The notes under the pieces were generated by a model. The model had not been told where the DNA came from. It did no database searches and worked only from the letters and a program-made list of their open reading frames with translations. This document shows positions 9,392 through 20,528 of a stretch of DNA of 64,000 nucleotides, in pieces (positions within the stretch are counted from its first letter, which is position 1; each line of letters starts with the position of its first letter). Location of the stretch: the NCBI GenBank assembly GCA_040954595.2, contig JBECUI020000025.1, positions 310,001 through 374,000 of the forward strand, given 5' to 3'. Position numbers and translations under genes: made by a program. The DNA is from Balanoglossus misakiensis (taxonomy: Eukaryota; Animalia; Hemichordata).

Positions 9392-11044
9392 ATGTTGATT
9401 CGATGGATTGTTGGTGCACTCCTCTTGATAGGTGTCGTAAATGCCCTCACAGCAAACGAAGACACTGAATTTGTTATTCTTGCAGACTACGACAGTGCTC
9501 TGGAATTAAATCCTCTGTATGCCGTTATGAAAGGCGAAGCTCAGATATTTACTGCTCTCCATGTAGGATTAACCTCGTATGAACCAAAGTTTAATCTCAC
9601 TCCTGACCCTGCACTTGCAAAATCATGGACGGTTGATGACAAAGTATATGTTTTTACCCTACGAGAGAATGCTCGTTACAGCAATGGGGAAAGAATTCTT
9701 GCATCCCACGTTCGAGATACATGGCTACGAATTATTGAACTTGGCAAACAATCACCCTTCTCTTCCTTTCTTGATGTCATTGAAAATGCAGATGCCTACC
9801 GAAAAAAGAATGTGAGTAGCAATGAGGTCGGACTTCGAGTTGTATCAGAACGAAAGCTGGAAGTGCGCCTATCGCAGAATGCCGCACATTTTCTTATGCT
9901 GATTTGCCATACCAGTTTCTCCGTCTTGCATCCAAGTCTGCTATACGAGACTGACTTCTGGTCAATGGATGCCATGCCCTCTAGTGGACCCTATCAACTA
10001 GAAAGCAAGACAAAAGAAGAACTGTTGTTGACAAAAAATCCCTACTACTGGGGTGCAGATGATGTGCTCATTCCTAAAATTCGTATTATACTCGACACAA
10101 ACAAATCCCAAAAAACTATTACAGAAGAAATTCAAAACAACCAGATACATTGGGTTATGAGTGGCGATGTTGATTACTCCTTATTAGGCAAGTTTCTTGT
10201 TGCTACTCCTGCATTTGAGAGCACCTATCTGCACTTTAATCTCTTGTCAAAACCTTTGGATAACTCGCGCATACGTGAAGCTCTTTTTTTACTGATTCCC
10301 TGGGAAGAATTTCATAGCAATGCCCTTTGGATACAGCCTGCAACCACGTTGGTTCCGCCGATACGAGGCTATCCGAGCCCGACAATAGCCTGGGAACAAA
10401 ACCCAATACGTGCATATCAAATACTAGCTGAGGAAGGGTATAGTAAAGAGAACCCCCTCCCCGCCATTCGCATTCCCCTACCGGGTACCTCCTATGAGGA
10501 TATTGAGCCTATCCTGACAGAAGCATGGTCAGGAGTAACAGAGGAAGTTGAATTTATACGCTTGACAGTAGAAAATTACTACCAAATAATTAGCAAAAAT
10601 TTCGGATCTTTGAATGTTAATAGCTGGGTCGGAGATTTTGCTGATCCCCTTGCTTTTCTCGACCTTTGGCGTGGGGGCTCTTCCCTCAATCATGCGGGGT
10701 ATGCCGACAGTACCTACGACTCCCTGCTCGCACAAGCCGCGCAAGAATCCGGTACACAACGATATGAAACATTAGCGAAAGCAGAGCAATATCTGTTGGA
10801 AGGGTTTATCCTTATTCCCCTTTCTCATTCCATTTCCATCAACATTATCAATCTTGAAAATGTTTCCGGCTGGTATCCCAACCCACTGGATATCCATCCA
10901 TTTCAGCACTTAAAACTCACTGGTGGATCATCTATTGATGATATGGTGTCTTTCCCTCTAAACAATGAAAAAGGCGAGATTATTCCTCTCGTGCCGACCC
11001 CAGTAAGCCGTTCACCCAGTTCTGTATACGACGATAAAATATAA
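9392..11044 (+). CDS. Peptide ABC transporter substrate-binding protein (OppA family)
   Basis: Signal peptide, 'PALAKSWTV..YVFTLRENARYSNGE', 'SGPYQL', 'KNPYYW', 'WVGDFADP..FL'. Confidence 0.9.
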   Translation: MLIRWIVGALLLIGVVNALTANEDTEFVILADYDSALELNPLYAVMKGEAQIFTALHVGLTSYEPKFNLTPDPALAKSWTVDDKVYVFTLRENARYSNGERILASHVRDTWLRIIELGKQSPFSSFLDVIENADAYRKKNVSSNEVGLRVVSERKLEVRLSQNAAHFLMLICHTSFSVLHPSLLYETDFWSMDAMPSSGPYQLESKTKEELLLTKNPYYWGADDVLIPKIRIILDTNKSQKTITEEIQNNQIHWVMSGDVDYSLLGKFLVATPAFESTYLHFNLLSKPLDNSRIREALFLLIPWEEFHSNALWIQPATTLVPPIRGYPSPTIAWEQNPIRAYQILAEEGYSKENPLPAIRIPLPGTSYEDIEPILTEAWSGVTEEVEFIRLTVENYYQIISKNFGSLNVNSWVGDFADPLAFLDLWRGGSSLNHAGYADSTYDSLLAQAAQESGTQRYETLAKAEQYLLEGFILIPLSHSISINIINLENVSGWYPNPLDIHPFQHLKLTGGSSIDDMVSFPLNNEKGEIIPLVPTPVSRSPSSVYDDKI

Positions 11045-11690
11045 TAAACCCGATACTGATAATAAGCGTAAGCGCAGCAAGAATAATAAACATGCCCCAG
11101 TTACGTTCCTGTATCAGATTCCCAGCGATGGTACTTCCTACGATGCCGGGTAAACGTGCTATGGATGTTGAAATAATAAAAAGCACAAAGGGAATACGGG
11201 TGAGCCCGCCAAGGTAATACAAAACGTCCTTGGGAAACCCAGGTATAAAAAATAAAAGCAAGAAAATACTCCATGCATGCCCGCTTGTTGCTAGATTTTC
11301 AAAGCGGAGATAGTTTTTTCTGCCAATAATAAAGCGAACAAACCCTGCCCCGCTATACCGAGCAATGTAAAAACAAATCGTGCCTGCCAATAAAATGCCA
11401 ATGTATAAATAAATACTCGCAGGGAAGGCGCCAAATACATATCCACCTGCTATCTGTACGATCTCGCCTGGAAGAAAAAATATTACTACCTGTAGCACTT
11501 GTAAAAAGATAAAAAGCAGAATAGACCAGCTCCCACGTTCCAGCAACCAGTCCCTCATCTGATCCCCATCACCCAATAATAAGGATATTTCCTCGCTAAA
11601 TACAAATGTCAAGACAATGACCAGTAAAATAAAGACAGGAAATAGCAAATGCTTCCATAAAAACTTCTCCTTTCTTGATAAACTTGCCAT
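10980..11690 (-). CDS. TVP38/TMEM64 (DedA/VTT) family membrane protein
   Basis: 'LQVLQVVIFFLPGEIVQIAGGYVFG', 'FFIPGFPKD.L.Y..GLT', 'ARLPG'. Confidence 0.9.
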   Translation of the reverse strand: MASLSRKEKFLWKHLLFPVFILLVIVLTFVFSEEISLLLGDGDQMRDWLLERGSWSILLFIFLQVLQVVIFFLPGEIVQIAGGYVFGAFPASIYLYIGILLAGTICFYIARYSGAGFVRFIIGRKNYLRFENLATSGHAWSIFLLLFFIPGFPKDVLYYLGGLTRIPFVLFIISTSIARLPGIVGSTIAGNLIQERNWGMFIILAALTLIISIGFIIFYRRIQNWVNGLLGSAREE

Positions 11691-11710
11691 AATACAGTAT
11701 ACTATACTAT

Positions 11711-12388
11711 ATGGCAGAAAAAAAGAAGACTACCGATAAACCTAAGCGTTTTTCCAAGAATCAATACGTTGTATATCCTTCACAAGGCATCGGTGTTGTT
11801 ACTGCAATAAAAAAGATTAAATTCAATGACAAACTTATCGATTACTACATACTGTACATTGATAATACAAAAATGACTATAAAGATTCCTGTTGACCGTG
11901 CCATCGAACTGGGCCTTCGATCAGTCGTGAATAAACAAAAAGCTTTAGCCGCATTAAAGGTGCTTGAAGAAAAATATGTACTAGTAAATAGTGATTGGAA
12001 ACAGCGTTATCAAACAAGTATCAACCTATTGAAAGACGGTGCCATCACCAATATTGCACGCATTGTTCATGCACTCTACAACCGAAAACAAGTAAAGGAA
12101 TTGCCTATCTTTGAACGCAAACTCTACGACAGTGCCTTGCAACTTCTTATCGAAGAAGTTTCCATCGCCTGCAAACTAAGTAAGGAAGAAACCGAAAAGA
12201 ATATTATTAACCTCCTCGAAGCACAAAAAGCAAAGGAAGAGAACATAATTAAGGAAGAAAACTTAGAAGAGTATAATCAATACGAAGAGAATAGCGATAC
12301 TGATGAAAACACCGACGACGAAAACAATGATGATGATGATGATGCCGACGACGATGATGATACCGACGATGCCGACGACGATGAATGA
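11711..12388 (+). CDS. carD: CarD family transcriptional regulator with acidic tail
   Basis: 'VVYPSQGIG.V', 'IPV..A..LGLR', 'W..RY', 'ERKLYD.A'; Asp/Glu-rich C-terminus. Confidence 0.85.
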   Translation: MAEKKKTTDKPKRFSKNQYVVYPSQGIGVVTAIKKIKFNDKLIDYYILYIDNTKMTIKIPVDRAIELGLRSVVNKQKALAALKVLEEKYVLVNSDWKQRYQTSINLLKDGAITNIARIVHALYNRKQVKELPIFERKLYDSALQLLIEEVSIACKLSKEETEKNIINLLEAQKAKEENIIKEENLEEYNQYEENSDTDENTDDENNDDDDDADDDDDTDDADDDE

Positions 12389-13029
12389 AAACCAATGAGA
12401 TCCAAACCTTCCGTACCATCGCGAACACTGTACAGGGCATTCCTTCCCTTACCCGTATCGCAACAAAACAACAGCCGCTTTTCGTCCTGATCTCCACCAT
12501 TATATCCTTACGGACAAAAGATGCCGTAACTGATGCCGCCTCTGCACGTTTATTTGCACTGGGACAGGAGGCAAGTATGATCGCAAACCTTCCGCTCAAA
12601 ACCGTCGAAGATGCTATCTATCCGGCCGGTTTCTACCGAACAAAGGCACGAAACATTATTAGAATATGCAGAATTATAGATACCGATTATAACGGGCAAA
12701 CTCCGGCAACGCTTGATACCTTGCTTGCCCTACCCGGGGTCGGCAGAAAGACTGCCACCCTTGTCCTGGGACTCGGATATGGCATTCCTGCTATCTGTGT
12801 TGATACCCATGTGCACCGTATAGCAAACAGGCTTCAGTGGATAGAGACAAGAAATCCGGAAGAAAGTGAATATGCACTTGAGAAGATATTTCCGAAAGAC
12901 ATGTGGATTATGCTAAATACGGTACTCGTCCGGTTCGGACAGACAGTCTGTAGACCGCAATCGCCCTTCTGCACTACCTGCCCAGTCAATGAAATCTGTG
13001 CCCGTATTGGTGTTCAACGATCCCGCTAG
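12385..13029 (+). CDS. nth: Endonuclease III
   Basis: HhH 'LPGVGRKTA', 'VDTHVHRI', FeS motif 'C.PQSP.C..C.....C'. Confidence 0.95.
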   Translation: MKTNEIQTFRTIANTVQGIPSLTRIATKQQPLFVLISTIISLRTKDAVTDAASARLFALGQEASMIANLPLKTVEDAIYPAGFYRTKARNIIRICRIIDTDYNGQTPATLDTLLALPGVGRKTATLVLGLGYGIPAICVDTHVHRIANRLQWIETRNPEESEYALEKIFPKDMWIMLNTVLVRFGQTVCRPQSPFCTTCPVNEICARIGVQRSR

Positions 13030-13724
13030 ACCTTGCGGATAAGCAAGGTTCGACTATCCAACTCCAAAGGAAGTTTAGAATGACTTTCGTACTCGTGATC
13101 CTTTACGAGAGAAAGAATGATATGATTCTTCTCCGGCTTGAGGAAACAAGCAATATCAAAACAGGAATCATAATCAGTTAGTACCTTCATTACCCCGTCT
13201 TCTTTGCTTTCACGATGAGAAGAAGCACTGAACCATGCAGTAATTCCCTGTTCTACAACAAACGATTTTACTTTCATAATAAAATCTGTATTGCCGCTGG
13301 AGAAATCATATCCGTCAAAGACAACGACATTAGCAGGGAACTGTCCATCCGTAATCATTGCAGAAAGGGTAGTAATAACACGGGCACCATTCTGTACCGC
13401 CTGCTGAGAGAAATGCATGAGTACTCGATTATGAATAATTTCGTCATGTATCTCCATAGGTGATTCCAAATTCTTTTCTTGTGCAAGTGTTTTGAAACTG
13501 TTTTCATACCAGTCCATAATGTGATCAAGCCTATCAGCAAATGATACATGAATAACCGACTTATTCTGAAGCAGCTGATCAATGGCAATGTGTACCAAAC
13601 AAGCTGTCTTCCCGACACCATGCCGTGATATAAAAACACCAAGTTCACCTTTCCGAAGCCCTCCATGGCTTGCCTGTTCCAAAAGTCTGAGTGCACTCTT
13701 TTTAACCAATTCTTCTTTTAACAC
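13026..13724 (-). CDS. RecA/KaiC-like P-loop protein downstream of EF-G
   Basis: 'GGLRKGELG...RHGVGKTACLVH', 'VVFDG'. Confidence 0.7.
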   Translation of the reverse strand: MLKEELVKKSALRLLEQASHGGLRKGELGVFISRHGVGKTACLVHIAIDQLLQNKSVIHVSFADRLDHIMDWYENSFKTLAQEKNLESPMEIHDEIIHNRVLMHFSQQAVQNGARVITTLSAMITDGQFPANVVVFDGYDFSSGNTDFIMKVKSFVVEQGITAWFSASSHRESKEDGVMKVLTDYDSCFDIACFLKPEKNHIILSLVKDHEYESHSKLPLELDSRTLLIRKV

Positions 13725-13740
13725 CTTACTACTTCTCCTC

Positions 13741-15825
13741 TTATTTTTTGCCTTCCTGTCTTTGCTTTAAAAAAGTTTCTCGCAGTTCCAGAAGAGTATT
13801 CTGCGGGACCTTGCCATAATGCATAAATTCCATACTAAACGTTGCCTGTCCCTGCGTCATGGAACGGAGTGCCGTGGAATAGCCAAACATCTCGCTCAGT
13901 GGGACCTCTGCCTCAACAACAGTAAATTTATTCTCATCGCTAGTACTAATAATTGTTCCCCTCCGTTGATTAATGCTCGCAAAAATATTCCCTTGAAAAT
14001 CTACCGGCCCCTCAACATTCACCTTCATAAGTGGTTCCAACCCCACCGGTTTTGCTGCATCATAACTATGCCGGAGTGCTCCAATGGCTGCTGCTCGAAA
14101 TGCCTGATCAGATGAGTCAACCTGATGAGTAGTTCCGTCGACAATGACCACACGTAACTTAACTATCGGATATCCAAGAAATGTTCCCTTCTTTACTGCT
14201 TCGCGGAATCCCTTGTCGCAGGAACTGATGTATTCACTTGGAATAGCCCCTCCCTTGATCTTGCTCTCAAACTCGTAATCGCCCTCTTCAAGGGGTTCAA
14301 CGTATCCTGCAATTCTTCCAAACTGACCTGCCCCACCGGTTTGCTTCTTATGGGTATAATCAAATTCTGCACGGGCTGTAATTGTCTCGCGATAGGCAAC
14401 CTGTGGGTTTCCGACAATAACATCGGCATTGTACTCTCGTCTGATCCGCTCCAGATATACATCAAGATGTAATTCTCCCATACCCTTGATAATTGTTTCC
14501 TGAGATTCCTTATCAACCGAGGTCTGAAAGGTTGGGTCCTCTCGCGAAAATCGTTCTAATGCCTTAAGCAGTTTATCTGATGATAACTTGTCTTTTGGTT
14601 TGACTGCGAGTGATATAACGGGGTCCGGCACATACATGGAAGTCATGGAATACTGGATGCCTGTTCCACAGAAAGTATCGCCTGATCGGCAATCAATGCC
14701 AAAGAGTGCAACAATATCGCCGGGGTCTGCTTCGCTTATATCTTCCATAGTACTGGCATGCATGCGTACAAGTCGTCCGATCTTGGTTTTATTGCCGGTA
14801 CGACTGTTCGTAAGGGTAACTCCCTTCTTTACCATGCCCTGGTAGACCCGAATGTAGGTCAACTGTCCATACGGTCCTTCCTCTAATTTAAAGGCAAGCG
14901 CAACTGTCGGTTGTGTACTGTCACAGACTAAGGAAACTTCCTTCTCGTTATCACTTAAATCTAAGGCAATGTTCTCACTGTCATCAGGATTTGGCAAATA
15001 AGACAAAACTGCATCCAGTAGATCCTGTATTCCCTTGTTCTTATAGGCTGACCCGAGAAATACCGGACATATCTTGTTCTGCAAGGTTCCAATACGTATT
15101 GCCTCGCGAATGGATTCGACATCAACGTTTTCCTCCAATATCTGCTCGGTCAGTGTATCGCAAAATATGCTTGCCGCATCAAGAAGAAGTTCATGGTACT
15201 TGGCTGCCTCTTCCTGCAACTCCGCAGGTATTTCTTCTACCCGTACTGTCTCGCCCTGATTGCCATCAAAATAATGTGCCTTCATATCCACCAAATCAAT
15301 AAGACCGCGATGCTCCCCCTCAAGTCCAATGGGTAGCTGCATCATAACGGGATTTAAGCCGAGTTTTTCAGCTAATTGATCCTTAACCTTCAGTGGATTG
15401 GCTCCAACTCGATCACATTTATTCACAAATGCTATGCGCGGAACCTTGTACCGCTTTAACTGCTTATCGACGGTGATAGATTGCGACTGTACTCCACCAA
15501 CGGAGCAAAGTACTAGTATTGCTCCGTCCAACACCCGCAGTGCACGCTCGACTTCAATCGTAAAATCGACATGTCCCGGGGTATCAATTATGTTAATGGG
15601 ATGATTCTTCCAAGTAACATTCGTCGCTGCAGAAGCTATGGTGATGCCGCGTTCCCGCTCTAGCTCCATAGAGTCCATGGTCGCACCGACGCCATCCTTG
15701 CCTCGTACTTCATGAATAGCATGTATCTTCTCGCAATAAAACAATATTCGTTCGGTCAACGTTGTTTTACCACTATCAATATGAGCACTAATTCCTATGT
15801 TACGCATTTGTTTCGTATTGCTCAT
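13741..15825 (-). CDS. fusA: Elongation factor G (stand-alone, spirochaete EF-G1 type)
   Basis: '[21 protein letters not shown]', 'ERERGITI', 'DTPGHVDF', 'NKCD', 'GMGELHL'. Confidence 0.97.
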   Translation of the reverse strand: MSNTKQMRNIGISAHIDSGKTTLTERILFYCEKIHAIHEVRGKDGVGATMDSMELERERGITIASAATNVTWKNHPINIIDTPGHVDFTIEVERALRVLDGAILVLCSVGGVQSQSITVDKQLKRYKVPRIAFVNKCDRVGANPLKVKDQLAEKLGLNPVMMQLPIGLEGEHRGLIDLVDMKAHYFDGNQGETVRVEEIPAELQEEAAKYHELLLDAASIFCDTLTEQILEENVDVESIREAIRIGTLQNKICPVFLGSAYKNKGIQDLLDAVLSYLPNPDDSENIALDLSDNEKEVSLVCDSTQPTVALAFKLEEGPYGQLTYIRVYQGMVKKGVTLTNSRTGNKTKIGRLVRMHASTMEDISEADPGDIVALFGIDCRSGDTFCGTGIQYSMTSMYVPDPVISLAVKPKDKLSSDKLLKALERFSREDPTFQTSVDKESQETIIKGMGELHLDVYLERIRREYNADVIVGNPQVAYRETITARAEFDYTHKKQTGGAGQFGRIAGYVEPLEEGDYEFESKIKGGAIPSEYISSCDKGFREAVKKGTFLGYPIVKLRVVIVDGTTHQVDSSDQAFRAAAIGALRHSYDAAKPVGLEPLMKVNVEGPVDFQGNIFASINQRRGTIISTSDENKFTVVEAEVPLSEMFGYSTALRSMTQGQATFSMEFMHYGKVPQNTLLELRETFLKQRQEGKK

Positions 15826-15983
15826 TCTACAACCCTAATTACTCTTAAACTACAGTATACATTCATATACGGACGTATACTACTATATGACTGCTACTTA
15901 TACAAGACAAGGACGGCAGTCTATGCAAAAAAAAAACAACTTGTGGTACACTATAAGAATAATATGAAAGATACCACCACAGT

Positions 15984-16805
15984 ATGAATGAACGATACAA
16001 ACTGCTTATGTGTAAACCGGATTATTTTGATGTCCAGTATGTTATCAATCCCTGGATGAAGAATAATGTTAATACGACAAAAAAAGAACTTGTAGCACAA
16101 CAATGGGATGCCCTGTACAGCGCATTGTCTTCACGTGCTGAAGTTGTTCTTGTGAAACCACAACCGGAACTACCCGATATGGTCTTTACTGCAAATGCAG
16201 CCCTTGTTCTGAATGATACTGCCCTGATAAGCAAATTCAGAATGCCCGAAAGAATTGGAGAAGAGGTCTTTTTTACGGAGTGGATGCAAAAAAACATATC
16301 AGATTGTCATACGCCCACATCTTACTTTGAAGGTTGCGGCGATGCTCTTCCCGACGATAAAAGAAATTGTATCTGGTTTGGACATGGGGTCCGTTCGGAA
16401 CGTTCTGCACAAGCGGATATTGAACAAACGTTTGACATCGAATGCCTCCCCCTGACACTCGTAAACAAGTCTTTTTATCATTTAGATACGTGCTTCTGTC
16501 CTCTACCCAATTCCTACTGCATGTACTATCCCGATGCCTTTGACCGGCAGTCAAATGAACTGATTAAATCACGGATAAAAGAAGAACATCGTATCGTTGT
16601 TTCTGACAACGATGCAAAGAACTTTGTCTGTAATGCAGTACTTATTGACCAGAATACTATTGTCCTAAGCTGCATAAGCTCCTCTCTCCGGCAGAAACTG
16701 GAAGAACTGGGTTTTGTGATAGTAGAAACACCGCTTACCGAGTTTATAAAAAGTGGAGGGTCTGCTCGCTGCCTCAGTCTGCGGGTAGATGAGGTGTGGA
16801 AATAA
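15984..16805 (+). CDS. Dimethylarginine dimethylaminohydrolase / amidinotransferase family protein
   Basis: 'YVINPWM', 'PDMVFTANA', 'FEGCGD', 'FYHLDTCFCP', 'KSGGSARCL'. Confidence 0.9.
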   Translation: MNERYKLLMCKPDYFDVQYVINPWMKNNVNTTKKELVAQQWDALYSALSSRAEVVLVKPQPELPDMVFTANAALVLNDTALISKFRMPERIGEEVFFTEWMQKNISDCHTPTSYFEGCGDALPDDKRNCIWFGHGVRSERSAQADIEQTFDIECLPLTLVNKSFYHLDTCFCPLPNSYCMYYPDAFDRQSNELIKSRIKEEHRIVVSDNDAKNFVCNAVLIDQNTIVLSCISSSLRQKLEELGFVIVETPLTEFIKSGGSARCLSLRVDEVWK

Positions 16806-16840
16806 TAGGAGCTCATTGCTCCATCTGTAATCGCGTGTAT

Positions 16841-16870
16841 AAAAAATAGACCACGTCAAACGTGGTCTAT
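16841..16870 (-). terminator. Intrinsic terminator of tracrRNA
   Basis: Perfect stem ATAGACCACG-TCAAA-CGTGGTCTAT followed by a T-run on the minus strand. Confidence 0.85.
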
Positions 16871-16994
16871 GGCAACGGATACAACCGGAGTTACATCCGC
16901 GATTGGTGCAGCAGACATAGTCTGCTTGCTTGTTAATGATAGCCCCTAAACTACCGATATGCTATAACAACTGGTAACTACTGTTCCCAGTGTT
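16841..16994 (-). ncRNA. tracrRNA
   Basis: Anti-repeat 16940-16967 (27/28 match to the repeat), nexus-like hairpin GCAGAC-TAT-GTCTGC, further stem(s), terminator. The 5' end is estimated from the promoter. Confidence 0.85.
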
Positions 16995-17000
16995 TCCTCT

Positions 17001-17029
17001 ATAATAGCAGACCTTATACATTGTGTCAA
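17001..17029 (-). promoter_or_regulatory. Sigma70-type promoter for tracrRNA
   Basis: Minus strand TTGACA-17 bp-TATTAT, with TG extended -10. Confidence 0.7.
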
Positions 17030-17097
17030 CACGAATCAGTAGATTTTTATGTAACACTATGATAGTATTACATATTATGTCAATAAAAAGCAATGGG

Positions 17098-20000
17098 TTG
17101 AAAAAGATTCTTGGTTTAGATATTGGTAGTTCCTCCATTGGCTGGGCAATTCTCTCTGCTGACGAGGATTTTGCAGTAAATGGCATTATTAAAACGGGGG
17201 TGCGAATTTTCCCGAACGGAAGAAATTCGAAAAATAATCAGTCAAACGCATTGGCACGAAGACAAGCACGGGGCATTCGCCGCAACCGCGATCGTTACCT
17301 CCAGAGGCGGAGTCGATTAATTTTGCTCCTGCGAAAATACCAACTCCTGCCAACTAATCGAAGCGAAGAACAAAAACTGGTGCAAAAGAATCCCTACGAA
17401 CTGCGATATCGCGGTATTACCGGTGAGCTGACAGGCTACGAACTCGGACGGGCTATATTTCATCTAAATCAGCGGCGGGGGTTTAAGAGCAACCGCCTGC
17501 AAGATGGCGACAATGATGCGAGTTTAATGAAAAAGAAAATAAATGAGATCCGAGAATCTCTAGGAACCCTGACCCTTGGGCAGTTTCTCTACGAGAGCTA
17601 CCAAAAAGGAGAAGGGACACGTGCCCGTCCCATAAAGATGGGAAGTAAATTAGACTATGAACGCTATTTCGATCGACAGATGTATCTGGAAGAATTTACT
17701 GCCATTTGGGAAAAACAGAAAAACAACCTTAGTCTTTCCGAAGAGGCAAAAAAAGAAATTCAAAACTGTATATTTTATCAACGAGACCTCCGAGCACAGG
17801 AACCGGGCTGGTGTTCGTTTGAACCCAATAAACACCGTGCCCCGCGTGCGCTTCCCACCTTTCAATTATTTCGACTCTATCAGGATCTGAACCATCTAGA
17901 ATATATGCTGCCAGATAAAAGCGGTATGCAAAAACTCAATACGACATTACGAAACACACTTCTTGAATATCTCATGTACAGAGAAAAAGCAAAACAAGAC
18001 GATATCATCAAGCAATTAAATAAGGCAGGCATTGAAGGAGACATTAAACTGAACTATGTAGAAACTAAAAATTTCTATGGCAATCAAACCAATGCTGCAT
18101 TAAAAAAAGCAATTCCTAAGGAGGCGTGGGAGGGGTTTAAAACACACTGGAGTACGTTTTCCCTCAAACAACAAGATGAGTTAATTCTCTGTCTTCTTGA
18201 CAGTGCAAAATCCGATGAGCAGGTTCAGAATATACTCTGCCATGATTTTAATCTTCCTGCGGAACTTGCAGAAGCATGTATGAATTGTTCTCTTCCAAGC
18301 GGATACGGTAATCTTTCCGCTGTAGCAATAGATAAAATTCTGCAGAAACTACAGGAAGATATTATTACCTACGATAAGGCAGCTAAAGAGGTGTACGGGA
18401 AACATACCAGAGACAACCCGAACCAAACATTGCCCTTTTTGCCCTATTACGGAGAGGCACTCGATCGATATACTACGGGTGCAACAAAACAAAAGACTGA
18501 TCCCGACGAGAAGCGATACGGGAGAATTACCAATCCGACAGTACATATTGCCTTAAACCAACTTCGTCTTGTCGTCAATGAAATTTTTAGTCGATACGGT
18601 CCCTGCGATCGTATTATTCTTGAACTTGCCCGCGAATTGCCACGGGGGGCAGAAGGTTTATCGGATATTAACAAGAAGCAAAAGGATCGTCAGAAGGATA
18701 ACGAGAGAATTGCCGAAAAGCTGAGAGAAATAGGCCTGCCGCCTAATACCGGTAATATTACTCGTTACAAACTCTGGGAAAACCTAAACAAGAAAGACAT
18801 ACATAATCGTTGCTGCCCCTACACGGGGATCAGGATATCCTGTACCGATGCATTTAGCAGAAAAACAGCAATAGATCATATTCTTCCCTACTCACAAACA
18901 TTTGATAATTCCTTTAGCAATAAGGTACTCTGTACTGCTGAAGGGAATCAATCCAAGGGGAGACGTACCCCCTTTGAGGCATTCGGCGATAGCCCTGAAT
19001 GGGGGGAAATTCATGAACGAGCATCACACCTTCCCAGTGCCCACCGAAAAAAATTCTTTACGAATCATGTGGATGATGTACAAGCGACCTTTGCTGCAGA
19101 AGATTTGCCGGCAACCCAGTATATTACAAGGGCTGCTCTTGAGTATCTTAGACATATCTGTGTTCAGGTTTATTCCAATAAGGGAGGAATAACTGCAGAA
19201 CTTCGACGACAGTGGGGAATGAATTTTATTCTTCGGGACGACAAAGATATTAGGCTCCTTGTAAAAATGGGATATCCGGTAACAGCCGAAAATATTACTC
19301 GAATAAAAACATGGGAAGTGCTAATTCAGAAAATAGTGATGAACGTTACTGTCCTTACACTGGTGAACAGATAACTCTTGATATGGCAGTAAGCGATACA
19401 ACGGCAATAGACTTTATTCTTCCGGGCACGACTAAAACTGACAATAGCTTCGGAAACAAAATACTTTGTATGAAACATGCAAAAGAGAAAAAGAAAAACC
19501 TATCCCCTTTTGTGGCTTTCGGCAATACCGATGCATGGCAGGCAATAGAGACTTTGGGCTATGAATCTGCTGAGGCACAGAGGACACGCATCTTATGCCG
19601 AGACTATGAATTACCGGATTCGGGAAACAAGCATACAGAAAATTTTATTACCAAACCACGTGGCGACCATCGCCACCATGCAGTTGACGCGGTTGCTATT
19701 GCCTGCACCAACCAGGCAACTATACAGCGTATTGTAAAAGACACAAAAAATAATTTTAGTCATCATTTGAAGTTTCCACCCCCTTGGGAGAATTTTTGGA
19801 TGGATCTATACCGGGACATTCATAGAATTATTGTCTCACACAAATGCGACCATTCCGCACCGGACAACTGCTTGAAGAAACCGCCTATGCACCCATAAAA
19901 AAACTGGAGAAGGGATATATGTTGGTACACGTAAACCAGTAATCAGTCTGAAAACATCGGAAATACAACACATAGCCGATGCCAGATACAAAATACCTCT

Positions 20001-20513
20001 TGTCTCATCTTGAAGCGGGCGGAACGCTTACGGATTTAGCGAAAAAACCGGCATTAAGCGAGTTCGGTTACATACTACCATGGTCAAGGGACTTGTTCAT
20101 ATTAAAGATGCAAAGGGCACCTCTTATAAAATATACCACGCTGCCGGAAACTGGGCATGTGAGATATACCAAGTTCCCAACAAGGAAAAATGGTTGGAAG
20201 AAGTAATTACCCGCTACGATGCCAATCAGAAGAACTTTATTCCCGAATGGCGCCGAAACACCCAACTGCTCGGCTCATTATGCGCCTCCACCGTAACGAC
20301 ATGGTAAAAATCGGCAAGAAGATCATGCGGGTACAAAACTAACGCCGGGGAATTACCAACTTGCTCAATTTTATATTTCTGATGCAGATAAGAGAAATAG
20401 AGACAAAAATGACTCCTTTCATTTTACAACCATGGCTGTTTCCAAGCTACAAAAAGAAAAAGGCACGAAAGATACATATCAGCCCAACTGGACTTATTAT
20501 GTATGCCAAATAA
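17098..20513 (+). CDS. cas9: Type II-C Cas9, ~1140 aa when reconstructed; several frameshifts after 19320; duplicated HNH module
   Basis: RuvC-I 'ILGLDIGSSSIGWA', Arg-rich bridge helix, RuvC-II 'LELARE', HNH 'DHILPYS..FDNS.SNKVLC...N..KG', RuvC-III 'HRHHAVDA'. C-terminal fragments in shifted frames: 'GQLLEETAY', 'HPTARLIMRLHRNDMV', 'ARKIHISPTG..stop'. Start is TTG 17098 or ATG 17077. Confidence 0.92.
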
Positions 20514-20528
20514 ACCGATACGTAATAG

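Noticed and set aside
15984-16805. DDAH-family gene as a CRISPR accessory
   Set aside because: Common metabolic family; it converges on the tracr terminator and probably just marks the locus boundary.
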